From: a virus
Virus genome (UHGV): UHGV-0083175
Strand: one strand, 5' to 3'
DNA: 52,653 bases
A program made the position numbers and the translations under genes. A model generated the notes under the pieces. It saw nothing but the letters and a program-made list of their open reading frames with translations. It was not told the DNA's origin and searched no databases. How positions within the stretch are numbered: the stretch's first letter is position 1; each line of letters starts with the position of its first letter. This document shows, piece after piece, positions 9,137 to 17,741 of the stretch.

Positions 9137-10195
9137 ATGCTTAATACTGTAAAAATATCCAGTTGTGAGTTAATCAACGCCGACTGCCTGGAATTTATCC
9201 GGTCGTTACCCGAAAATTCTGTTGACCTGATAGTCACGGACCCGCCGTACTTTAAAGTGAAGCCTGAGGGCTGGGATAACCAGTGGAAGGGCGACGATGA
9301 TTACCTGAAGTGGCTGGACCAGTGTCTGGCGCAGTTCTGGCGGGTGCTGAAACCTGCCGGAAGTCTTTACCTGTTCTGTGGCCATCGCCTGGCATCTGAT
9401 ATCGAAATCATGATGCGTGAACGCTTCAGTGTACTGAACCATATTATCTGGGCAAAGCCGTCCGGACGCTGGAACGGGTGCAACAAGGAAAGCCTGAGGG
9501 CGTATTTCCCCGCCACAGAGCGCATTCTGTTCGCGGAACATTATCAGGGGCCGTATCGTCCGAAAGATGCCGGGTATGAGGCGAAGGGCAGGGCACTGAA
9601 ACAGCATGTGATGGCTCCGCTGATTGCTTACTTTCGTGATGCGCGTGCTGCCCTGGGGATAACGGCAAAACAGATAGTGGATGCCACAGGAAAGAAAAAC
9701 ATGGTGTCGCACTGGTTCAGTGCCAGTCAGTGGCAGCTACCGAACGAAAGCGATTATCTGAAATTACAGGCGCTGTTTGCCCGGGTGGCAGAAGAGAAGC
9801 ATCAGCGCGGTGAACTGGAAAAGCCCCACCACCAGCTGCTGGAGACGTATACTTCACTGAACCGGCAGTATGCGGAACTGCAGAGTGAATATAAGCATCT
9901 GCGGCGGTATTTTGGCGTGACGGCGCAGGTGCCGTACACGGATGTGTGGACGCATAAACCGGTGCAGTACTATCCCGGGAAACATCCGTGCGAAAAACCG
10001 GCAGAAATGCTGCAGCAGATAATCAGCGCGAGCAGTCGTCCGGGGGACCTGGTTGCAGATTTTTTCATGGGGTCGGGTTCGACAGTCAAAGCCGCGATGG
10101 CGCTGGGGCGTCGTGCAACAGGCGTTGAGCTGGAGACTGAACGTTTTGAGCAGACGGTCAGGGAAGTTCAGGATTTAGCCAGTCAGAACGGATGA
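9137..10195 (+). CDS. DNA methyltransferase (N6-adenine/N4-cytosine class, DPPY motif)
   Basis: 352 aa; DLIVTDPPYF catalytic motif near the N-terminus and a C-terminal AdoMet-binding FFMGSGST segment. Confidence 0.8.
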   Translation: MLNTVKISSCELINADCLEFIRSLPENSVDLIVTDPPYFKVKPEGWDNQWKGDDDYLKWLDQCLAQFWRVLKPAGSLYLFCGHRLASDIEIMMRERFSVLNHIIWAKPSGRWNGCNKESLRAYFPATERILFAEHYQGPYRPKDAGYEAKGRALKQHVMAPLIAYFRDARAALGITAKQIVDATGKKNMVSHWFSASQWQLPNESDYLKLQALFARVAEEKHQRGELEKPHHQLLETYTSLNRQYAELQSEYKHLRRYFGVTAQVPYTDVWTHKPVQYYPGKHPCEKPAEMLQQIISASSRPGDLVADFFMGSGSTVKAAMALGRRATGVELETERFEQTVREVQDLASQNG

Positions 10196-10235
10196 TATTG
10201 CAGGATTAGTTACGTACCGTTATTATCCTGCGCCC

Positions 10236-10310
10236 GGCCCTTTAGCTCAGTGGTGAGAGCGAGCGACTCATAATCGCCAGGTCGCTGGTTCAAATCCAGC
10301 AAGGCCACCA
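10236..10310 (+). tRNA. tRNA with CAU anticodon (ileX-like tRNA-Ile2/Met), acceptor stem one nt short
   Basis: Hand-folded cloverleaf: D-arm GCTC/GAGC, anticodon loop CTCATAA, T-arm GCTGG-TTCAAAT-CCAGC, 3' ACCA; 3' acceptor strand AAGGCC versus expected AAGGGCC. Confidence 0.55.
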
Positions 10311-10319
10311 TATCACATA

Positions 10320-10396
10320 CCGCCATTAGCTCATCGGGATAGAGCGCCAGCCTTCGAAGCTGGCTGCGCGGGGTTCGAGTCCTCGATGGCGGTCCA
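10320..10396 (+). tRNA. tRNA-Arg (anticodon UCG)
   Basis: Complete 77-nt cloverleaf: acceptor CCGCCAT/ATGGCGG, anticodon loop CTTCGAA, T-arm CGGGG-TTCGAGT-CCTCG, 3' TCCA. Confidence 0.8.
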
Positions 10397-10674
10397 TTAT
10401 CTGCATTATGCGTTGTTGGTTCTGATGAGTGAATCATTGTCTTTTGAGCAACAGGCTATCATATAAGATAGCCTCAGACTTCCTTGTTTATTCTCGCCGG
10501 ATGCTTCGTAGATATTTGCAGGCATCTGTATGCAGGGGTATTATTGCGGCATATATCATCCGGAAAAATAAAAACTACATGCTGATCCGGAGATGATAGT
10601 TACAAGTCCTCCCGGATCCCGCATATTTACTATATTTTATAGATAATTGTTCTTGTTAATATGGAGATGGATAA

Positions 10675-11103
10675 ATGTATTGCCGTGCTGTACCGGTTCT
10701 TGTTTTGATATTAGCCAGTCTGACAACTGGCTGCACAAAAGATGTATCGACAAATAATTATGATGCTTCTCTGTATCACTCAGATAAATTAATAAAGTCG
10801 CAAAATTTGAGCTCATCGGAACGTACCCCTGATGCCAGTGAAGAAATCCGGCTGTATGCCATTCAGGTCAGGAAAGCCATAGAAGAACAGTTAAAGGATG
10901 CGAGTAAGTATTCAGGAAAAGAGTGTTCACTGAGAATGTATATGGCCCCGAATGGTCTTCTGCTACAGGTTAAAAGAGAAAGCGGTGATCCCGATTTATG
11001 TCGTGAAGCGATGAATGCAGTAAAGAATGCTGATATACCATCACCACCGTCTTCAGGAGTATATAAAGCATTTAGAAATGGCGTGCTGGATTTTAAACTC
11101 TGA
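10675..11103 (+). CDS. lipoprotein with TolA C-terminal domain (TolA-III) homology
   Basis: Signal peptide with lipobox LTTGC; C-terminal ~90 aa (GKECSLRMYMAPNGLLLQVKRESGDPDLCREAM...VYKAFRNGVLDFKL) align with E. coli TolA domain III. Confidence 0.7.
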   Translation: MYCRAVPVLVLILASLTTGCTKDVSTNNYDASLYHSDKLIKSQNLSSSERTPDASEEIRLYAIQVRKAIEEQLKDASKYSGKECSLRMYMAPNGLLLQVKRESGDPDLCREAMNAVKNADIPSPPSSGVYKAFRNGVLDFKL

Positions 11104-11168
11104 CAGGGGGAGAAGATTTTCTCCTGTCCTGATGATTTTGGGGCGCTGGAAAGATATTGTGCTGTGAA

Positions 11169-11560
11169 GTGTTAAATCCCTCACAATTCAGTAAGTTGAC
11201 AGTTGCCTGTCAGACTGAGCATTTGTTAAAAAAATTTCGCATGGTGAATCCCCCTGTGCGGAGGGGCGACTGGTGAACGGTATGATCTCTTTGATGATCG
11301 TAAGCGAGAATACGCGGGTTTGGTGTCACCGGGCTGAACTCACCGGGAGGCACCCGGCACCATGCTCATGGTGATACAGAAATGCGGCTTCAGCCCCTCT
11401 CCGGAGGGGCTTTCTTATGGACAAAAAAAGCCCGCGCTGGGAGACGCGGGCGGCAAGGAATAAACAATAAAACGTGAAGTAATACTTCAACTGGCGAATA
11501 ATACCCGACAGTAATCACTCTGCGCAATAGCGCGGCCTTTTTCGAATTGCGGGCTGTAGT
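11169..11560 (+). repeat. structured repeat unit A (with 3' extension shared with unit D)
   Basis: Shares with three downstream units the blocks GTGTTAAATYCCTCACAATTCA, TTGTTAAAAAA, GCATGGTGAATCCCCCTGTGCGGAGGGG, CACCGGGAGGCACCCGGCA and a terminator hairpin. Confidence 0.8.
11239..11416 (+). ncRNA. candidate small RNA, repeat copy A
   Basis: Runs from conserved GCATGGTG to terminator GCCCCTCTCCGGAGGGGC + T-run; 5' CATGGTG can pair with 3' CACCATG; two internal hairpins. Confidence 0.35.
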
Positions 11561-11575
11561 CTCCCTTCTGCCGGG

Positions 11576-11735
11576 TGGCCTGGTTGCAGATTTCTTCATG
11601 GGGTAGGGTTCGGCAGTTAAAGCAGCGATGGCGCTGGGGCGTCGTGCAACTGGCGTTGAGCTGGATACCGGGCGTTTTGAACAGACTGCGCAGGAAATCA
11701 GGGATGTATTTAGCGGGAGCGGTTTGCAGAAGTAA
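11576..11735 (+). pseudogene. duplicated 3' fragment of the DNA methyltransferase gene
   Basis: ~150 nt nearly identical to 10041..10195; translates as GLVADFFMG*GSAVKAAMALGRRATGVELDTGRFEQ with an in-frame stop. Confidence 0.6.
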
Positions 11736-11798
11736 TCTCCCAAAATGCCATTTTTGGAATATACTGGTATTAAGTCTTTTTGCTCAGGTTAATTCAAA

Positions 11799-12524
11799 AT
11801 GGATGTTGCCTGCTCTGTGGTCCTGATTCGCTATCCGATAGATATTTTTCTTGAAAAAGAAAAAGTTTCACTCGATGCCGGAAGTGTTATGCTTGTTGCC
11901 AGAAATATAAGAGGGCTTTTCTGTGCTTATGCCGACAGAGTGAAAATGGCAGATATAAGTAACAGCGTCGTCAATCAGTATCTGGAAAGGGAGTGTGAAC
12001 TGACGGAGTATACACCGACAAAAATGCCTCTTTATTTGATGTCTGATATTTACAATACGGAACTGGCGGAGGCTTTAATAACCCAGCATAGTGAATCCAG
12101 TGATACTTTGAAGGATTTCTCTGTTATAACCGCATTTTCATGTATCTCCTTATTTGCAACAGACAGGCGTCTGCCATTATTTTTGTCCGGTGCTGTAAAT
12201 AATATCAGCTGTAAAGTAAGGGCTATAATTCAGACCGACATATCGGCAGGCTGGATGCTAGGTGTGATTGCATTACAATTGCATATGAGCGAAAGCTTGT
12301 TGAAGCGAAAACTTAAGGATGAAGGTTATAGCTTTAGTCGGTTGTTGCTGGAGGAGCGAATGCGTGTTGCTGTTAATCTTGTATGTTTCCAGCGAGAGTG
12401 TGGACAAGCGATAGCGGAAAAATGTGGTTACTCAAGTAAGTCCTATTTCATTTCTGTATTTCACCAGTATTATGGTGCACCACCTGAGAGCTATGCATAT
12501 TTGCAGAAAGCAGACGTTATCTGA
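11799..12524 (+). CDS. AraC-family transcriptional regulator (moron)
   Basis: 241 aa; C-terminal double HTH (GWMLGVIALQLHMSESLLKRKLKDEGYSFSRLL...IAEKCGYSSKSYFISVFHQYYGAPPESY); AT-rich. Confidence 0.6.
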   Translation: MDVACSVVLIRYPIDIFLEKEKVSLDAGSVMLVARNIRGLFCAYADRVKMADISNSVVNQYLERECELTEYTPTKMPLYLMSDIYNTELAEALITQHSESSDTLKDFSVITAFSCISLFATDRRLPLFLSGAVNNISCKVRAIIQTDISAGWMLGVIALQLHMSESLLKRKLKDEGYSFSRLLLEERMRVAVNLVCFQRECGQAIAEKCGYSSKSYFISVFHQYYGAPPESYAYLQKADVI

Positions 12525-12613
12525 TGTTTTTTCATCAGGCATATATTGATTGACTGTATTAGATATAGTCTGAATGTGTTCAGCATAAAAAGTTATAATC
12601 ATTTGGTGTTTGC

Positions 12614-12892
12614 GTGAATATTGATGAGAAAATCAGATGTAGCCAACTGTTACAGCGTATTGAAGCCGTCAATGTGGAACGAACAAAGGTCTTCAGTCGT
12701 CTGACAGTTTTATTTTGTACCCCTGATCGACGTTCAGGTCAGGAGATGGTTCTTCTGGATGTAGATGCACTTCGGAACGTCTGTGAGGAGTTCACCGCGG
12801 CTAATTCGGAGTTACTGAGTCTTGTTCAGGAGTACAACAGAATTGCAGGTAGTAACGGTTTTGATGAAATCAAAATTATATCCCGTGGATAA
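12614..12892 (+). CDS. hypothetical protein
   Basis: 92-aa ORF with GTG start downstream of the AraC-like gene; no recognised motif. Confidence 0.3.
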   Translation: MNIDEKIRCSQLLQRIEAVNVERTKVFSRLTVLFCTPDRRSGQEMVLLDVDALRNVCEEFTAANSELLSLVQEYNRIAGSNGFDEIKIISRG

Positions 12893-13210
12893 AACATATC
12901 CTGTATATTTATGTTGTTACATACAGGCGCTTTTAGTATCTGCCGCACGGCAGTTGTACTTTAGAATAAGATGCTTTTGTGACTGGTGGTGTTGTATCTG
13001 GGGTTAGCCAGGAGGCAGGTTCAGAGAGTCCGGTGGTAATTATGTGTATGCAGTGGTTGTTGCTGTACCGTGGGCAAGTTCTGGAACTGGCTTCGTCCAT
13101 TGTAGATGATTGTTAGCTGGATATCAGTTACCTCATGGAAATGTTAAATGACTCACAATTCGGTTGATGGACTATTGTCTGATCGATGGAAGTCTTGTAA
13201 AAACGAGCCA

Positions 13211-13377
13211 GCATAGTGAATCCCCCTGTGCGGAGGGGCGTCTGACATGGTCTCCATAGCGATGGTCACAATACGCAGATTCAGTAGTCAGGCTGAATCT
13301 ACCGGGAGGCACCCGGCACTATGCTGCTTATGGTGTATACATAGCGATCGGCCCCTCTCCGGAGGGGCTTTTTTTGT
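13211..13377 (+). ncRNA. candidate small RNA, repeat copy B
   Basis: GCATAGTG...CACTATGC long-range pairing (compensatory versus copy A), conserved hairpins, terminator GCCCCTCTCCGGAGGGGC + TTTTTTT. Confidence 0.35.
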
Positions 13378-13469
13378 GCGGGAAAAGGCTGTGTTGTTAA
13401 GTGTTAAATTCCTCACAGTTCAGATGGTTGATGCTTGCCTGTCTGAGGGGGAGTTGTTAAAAAAGTTCT

Positions 13470-13637
13470 GCATGGTGAATCCCCCTGAGCGGAGGGGCAT
13501 ATCAGCGCAGGTGTTTCTACTCTATCCTTTCTGTGCGGGTTCAGGTGCTGATACTGAACTCACCGGGAGGCACCCGGCATCATGCATATGGTTAACAGAC
13601 ACGTAGCGAAGCCCCTCTCCGGAGGGGCTTTTTTATG
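13470..13637 (+). ncRNA. candidate small RNA, repeat copy C
   Basis: GCATGGTG...CATCATGC pairing with one G-U wobble, conserved hairpins, terminator + T-run. Confidence 0.35.
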
Positions 13638-13729
13638 CAGGGAAAAGGCTGTGTTGTGAAATGTTAAATTCCTCACAATTCATGAGGTTGATGATTGTCT
13701 GATTGATGAGGAGTTTGTTAAAAAAAACG

Positions 13730-13884
13730 GCATGGTGAATCCCCCTGTGCGGAGGGGTGATATCGTATCATTTCATGTGTGGCCGACTGATATCACGGAC
13801 ATTTGTTCACCGGGAGGCACCCGGCACCTGCAGTATACAGAGATTAGGCATACATCCAGGCTCCTCATCGCAGGAGCCTTTTTA
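13730..13884 (+). ncRNA. candidate small RNA, repeat copy D
   Basis: Conserved 5' blocks; terminator replaced by compensatory variant GCTCCTCATCGCAGGAGC + TTTTT. Confidence 0.3.
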
Positions 13885-14115
13885 CATGTAAAAAAAACCG
13901 CTCCCGGGAAGAGCGGTTGGCAAGGAAGCAAGGAATAAATAACAAAACGTGAAGTAATTTATTCAGCACCCTAATAATACCTTAGAGTAATCACCTTGCG
14001 CAACTGTAAGGGCGTATTTCTTTTTTGCGGGCTGTTTTTCTGTGTGACTTTTGTGTTTCCGGAGGTCAGTCCGTGCCTTCTCTGACTCAGAACATTATCC
14101 CGGCCGGGAGGATTC

Positions 14116-16053
14116 ATGGCATTTAAACACTACGATGTGGTCAGGGCGGCATCGCCGTCAGACCTTGCTGAACGACTGACACAAAAACTGAAGGAGGGCT
14201 GGCAGCCATTTGGCAGTCCGGTGGTCATCACGCCTTATACCCTGATGCAGGCCATTGCGGCGGAAGGTGATGTCACCACACCAGTGGCGGTGACCGGTAA
14301 TGAGGGTAAGGCGGTGGCTGTCAGTGCCACCAGCGACCCGGAGTATTACTTTGTTGTGGTTCTGGCAGGGCAGTCAAATGGCATGTCGTATGGTGAAGGT
14401 CTTCCGCTGCCGGAGACATATGACCGTCCGGACCCGCGTATTAAGCAGCTGGCGCGCCGCAGTACGGTGACACCGGGCGGTGTCGCCTGTAAATATAACG
14501 ACATCATTCCGGCGGACCATTGTCTGCATGATGTGCAGGACATGAGCCGTCTTAACCATCCGAAAGCGGACCTGTCAAAGGGGCAGTACGGAACCGTGGG
14601 GCAGGGGCTGCATATCGCCAAAAAACTGCTGCCGTTTATACCGGCGAATGCGGGTATTCTGCTGGTTCCGTGCTGTCGTGGTGGTTCAGCGTTCACCACC
14701 GGAGCTGATGGCACATACAGTGACGCGAGTGGTGCCTCGGAGAATTCAGCGCGCTGGGGTGTGGACAAGCCGCTGTATAAGGACCTTATCGGTCGAACAA
14801 AAGCAGCACTGAAGAAGAACCCGAAAAATGTGCTGTTTGCCGTGGTGTGGATGCAGGGGGAATTTGATTTTGACGGCACGCCCGGAAATCACGCAGCACA
14901 GTTTGGTGCGCTGGTTGATAAATTCCGTGCAGACCTGACGGATATGGCAGGTCAGTGCGTTGGTGGCTCTGCTGGCGGTGTTCCCTGGATATGCGGGGAC
15001 ACGACGTATTTCTGGAAGCAGAAGAACGAATCCACCTGCCAGATGGTGTACGGCAGCTATAAAAACAAAACGGAAAAGAATATCCATTTCGTACCGTTCA
15101 TGACGGATGAGAACGGGGTGAATGTGCCGACGAACAAACCGGAAGAAGACCCGGACATTCCGGGTATCGGGTATTACGGTTCGAAATGGCGTGACAGCTC
15201 AGCCACCTGGACGTCACAGGACAGGGCGAGCCATTTCAGCACCTGGGCACGCCGGGGGATTATTTCCGACCGTCTGGCAACGGCGATTCTGATTCATGCA
15301 GGACGAACCACAGTAAAAGTCGATGCTCCATCTTCTGAAACTGGCGCACCGACGCCATCACCGTCAGAAAATGAAGCGGTAAGCACAACAACACTGCTGT
15401 CTTACCGTGCCAGTGAGTCTGAAGGGAGGCTGACCGAACAGGGCTGGAGTGCTGGCGGAGGTAAAGCGGAAATTGTTGCTGATGAAGGTGCAACAGGTGG
15501 TACCGCGATGAAGCTGAGCAAGGAGACAGGAGTGGGGTCATGGTATCTGGAGCATGATGCCGGTACTGGCGCTGAACTGCTGAAAAATGGCGGTTTAATC
15601 AGCTGCCGCTTTAAGGCATCCGGTGAACTGGTAGCAAATCAGTATGTCATTGCACTTTACTGGCCGGTTTCCTCTCTGCCGCAGGGTGTCACCCTGACAG
15701 GGGATGCAGGGAATAATCTGCTGGCAGCGTTTTACATCCAGACAGATGCAAAAGACCTGAATGTGATGTACCACAATGCGAAGGTGGCGACAAATAACCT
15801 GAAACTGGGAAGCTTTGGCGCATTTGATAACGAATGGCATACGCTGGCTTTCCGCTTTGCCGGGAATAACAGCCTTCAGGTGACGCCGGTTATTGATGGT
15901 CAGGATGGCACACCGTTCACGCTGACGCAGTCACCGGTCAGTGCATTTTCGGCGGATAAGTTGCATGTGACAGACATTACCAAAAGTGCGACTTACCCGG
16001 TACTGATAGACAGCATTGCGGTGGTAGTGAATAACGCGGACGCCGCGGCATGA
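14116..16053 (+). CDS. nanS-p: NanS-p-like sialate O-acetylesterase (SGNH/SASA hydrolase)
   Basis: 645 aa; VVVLAGQSNGMSYGEG active-site region; size and position (upstream of the lysis cassette) match nanS-p of Stx phages. Confidence 0.75.
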   Translation: MAFKHYDVVRAASPSDLAERLTQKLKEGWQPFGSPVVITPYTLMQAIAAEGDVTTPVAVTGNEGKAVAVSATSDPEYYFVVVLAGQSNGMSYGEGLPLPETYDRPDPRIKQLARRSTVTPGGVACKYNDIIPADHCLHDVQDMSRLNHPKADLSKGQYGTVGQGLHIAKKLLPFIPANAGILLVPCCRGGSAFTTGADGTYSDASGASENSARWGVDKPLYKDLIGRTKAALKKNPKNVLFAVVWMQGEFDFDGTPGNHAAQFGALVDKFRADLTDMAGQCVGGSAGGVPWICGDTTYFWKQKNESTCQMVYGSYKNKTEKNIHFVPFMTDENGVNVPTNKPEEDPDIPGIGYYGSKWRDSSATWTSQDRASHFSTWARRGIISDRLATAILIHAGRTTVKVDAPSSETGAPTPSPSENEAVSTTTLLSYRASESEGRLTEQGWSAGGGKAEIVADEGATGGTAMKLSKETGVGSWYLEHDAGTGAELLKNGGLISCRFKASGELVANQYVIALYWPVSSLPQGVTLTGDAGNNLLAAFYIQTDAKDLNVMYHNAKVATNNLKLGSFGAFDNEWHTLAFRFAGNNSLQVTPVIDGQDGTPFTLTQSPVSAFSADKLHVTDITKSATYPVLIDSIAVVVNNADAAA

Positions 16054-16188
16054 TAAAAAAAGCCGCCAGTTACCGGAATGGACTGGCGGTGGTAATACCT
16101 ATGGAGAAAAAATAAAGGAACGATACTTTCGTACTCTGTTTTTTTAAATGAAAACAGTTCTTATTGTCAACAATAACGGTAAGAAATT

Positions 16189-16368
16189 ATGACTTTTATT
16201 CATCAGGTGATGCTGTACTTCTGTACGGCAGTCTGTGTGCTGTATCTCCTTTCGGGCGGATACCGGGCCATGCGTGACTTCTGGCGCAGACAGATTGACA
16301 AAAGGGCCGCTGAGAAAATCAGCGCCAGTCAGTCAGCCGGAAGCAAACCCGAAGAGCCGCTCATTTAG
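16189..16368 (+). CDS. small single-pass membrane protein
   Basis: 59-codon ORF (MTFIHQVMLYFCTAVCVLYLLSGGY...) not in the supplied track; hydrophobic N-terminus. Confidence 0.3.
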   Translation: MTFIHQVMLYFCTAVCVLYLLSGGYRAMRDFWRRQIDKRAAEKISASQSAGSKPEEPLI

Positions 16369-16408
16369 CGGCAACTTTCTTAATCACACCTTTCGACGAG
16401 AAAATCCC

Positions 16409-16654
16409 ATGTCAGAAATTACATCCCTGGTCACTGCTGAAGCAGTGAAGGACGTCCTGCGCTCTGAAGAAGTCCTGAGCGCACTGAAACAGAAACTTCG
16501 CCATAACCTGGAAGCGCGTCTTGATGCAGAAGTGGATGCCATTCTGGATGAACTGCTGGGCGCACCGGCAGTTCCGGAGCCGGAAGGTATCGCGGGTGAG
16601 GGGAGTGCTTCAGATGGCGGTGACCCCACACCTGACAGCGACATGATGATGTAA
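16409..16654 (+). CDS. hypothetical acidic protein
   Basis: Internal ATG of ORF 16235..16654 giving 81 aa ([21 protein letters not shown]...). Confidence 0.4.
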   Translation: MSEITSLVTAEAVKDVLRSEEVLSALKQKLRHNLEARLDAEVDAILDELLGAPAVPEPEGIAGEGSASDGGDPTPDSDMMM

Positions 16655-16730
16655 GCATGCGCAAGGGACCATCGGTGTGTGCCGGTGGTCTTTATATTGT
16701 TGTGAGCTTCCGGATTGCGGGAGACGGGGT

Positions 16731-16946
16731 ATGTACCAGATGGAAAAAATCACAACAGGTGTGTCATACACCACGTCAGCGGTGGGAACGGGCTACTGGT
16801 TCCTGCAGTTGCTGGACAGGGTTTCCCCGTCTCAGTGGGCGGCAATAGGCGTGCTGGGGAGTCTGCTGTTTGGGCTGCTGACATATCTGACGAACCTGTA
16901 TTTCAAAATTAAAGAAGACCGGCGTAAGGCGGCGCGGGGAGAGTAG
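16731..16946 (+). CDS. class II holin / pinholin (phage 21 S-like)
   Basis: [10 protein letters not shown] dual-start motif; [51 protein letters not shown] closely matches S21. Confidence 0.8.
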   Translation: MYQMEKITTGVSYTTSAVGTGYWFLQLLDRVSPSQWAAIGVLGSLLFGLLTYLTNLYFKIKEDRRKAARGE

Positions 16947-16949
16947 ACG

Positions 16950-17741
16950 ATGAATAAACAATACGAACTGGTTGTTAAAGGGATAAATATTTACCCGGAT
17001 AAGATTACTGTTACTGTGGCGCTGGAAACTGGTGGGTATACGTCACTGTTGTTGCCAAATGTGGTGATTGATCTTGATCGTGTTGAAGGTGCCCCGCTGG
17101 AGTTTTACGAAGCTGAGGCGAAAAAGAAGGCGAAGCAGTTTTTCATGGATATTGCTGCCGGGTTATGTGAAGGGAACGAACCGTTGCCGGAAAAGCGCCT
17201 CTGTTCAGAAGAGCGGTATACCATACAAATTAACAATGCATATAACACGATACAGTCAGAAAAAGATGATATCGAATCACGCATTGAAAAACTGGAGAAC
17301 AGCGTCGTTGAACTGAATAAAAAACTGTCGGTGCAGATCCCTTCCGAAGGTGAAAAAAAACGCCGTGATGAGCAGTTCGCGGCGTTTTACGATTATTGCC
17401 GGAAAGTGATGAGCAGAAATCTCGCAGAGTGTTTCCGTATTCAAAAAAACAGAGAGCGCTCTGCAAATAGTGAGATTCTGGATAATTTTTTAAAGGGGAC
17501 GCATCTCGCCAGTGATTGTTTCATTGCTCATTCTTTTGGTGGCTTTCATGAGGCCATCAAACATGATGTTGAGAGAAGTCCAGGTATCCTCTGTTCCATT
17601 CCCGTAAGCATCGAAATAGACACAAATACGATAACCGGTGAACTCGTTACCGCCGGAGTCGGTATATTCCGTCATGAGGGGAACGATGCCAAAGGTTCCT
17701 TTACAAAAATCGGGCCGTTCTTTCTGAAGGTAGAGCGATAG
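16950..17741 (+). CDS. hypothetical protein inserted between holin and endolysin
   Basis: 263-aa ORF starting 4 nt after the holin stop with GGGGAGAG RBS; its 3' 252 nt overlap the convergent gene. Confidence 0.5.
   Translation: MNKQYELVVKGINIYPDKITVTVALETGGYTSLLLPNVVIDLDRVEGAPLEFYEAEAKKKAKQFFMDIAAGLCEGNEPLPEKRLCSEERYTIQINNAYNTIQSEKDDIESRIEKLENSVVELNKKLSVQIPSEGEKKRRDEQFAAFYDYCRKVMSRNLAECFRIQKNRERSANSEILDNFLKGTHLASDCFIAHSFGGFHEAIKHDVERSPGILCSIPVSIEIDTNTITGELVTAGVGIFRHEGNDAKGSFTKIGPFFLKVER

Larger units (their letters stand above)
13141..14050 (+). repeat. tandem array of structured repeat units B, C, D (~260 bp each)
   Basis: Three head-to-tail copies of the unit seen at 11169; conserved blocks and hairpins with variable spacers. 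Confidence 0.8.

Noticed and set aside
8962-9144. 60-aa ORF upstream of the methyltransferase
   Set aside because: It overlaps a terminator and hairpin-rich intergenic region and has no RBS; more likely a regulatory leader.
11169-14050. Possible CRISPR array or integron attC sites, given the repeated units
   Set aside because: Units are ~260 bp with internal hairpins and terminators, not 25-40 bp direct repeats with unique spacers. No cas genes or integron integrase are nearby.
10400-14115. Shiga toxin genes (stxA/stxB) expected from the Stx-phage-like Q / tRNA / nanS-p architecture
   Set aside because: No ORF in this interval resembles StxA or StxB; the slot holds the TolA-like lipoprotein, an AraC regulator and the repeat units instead.
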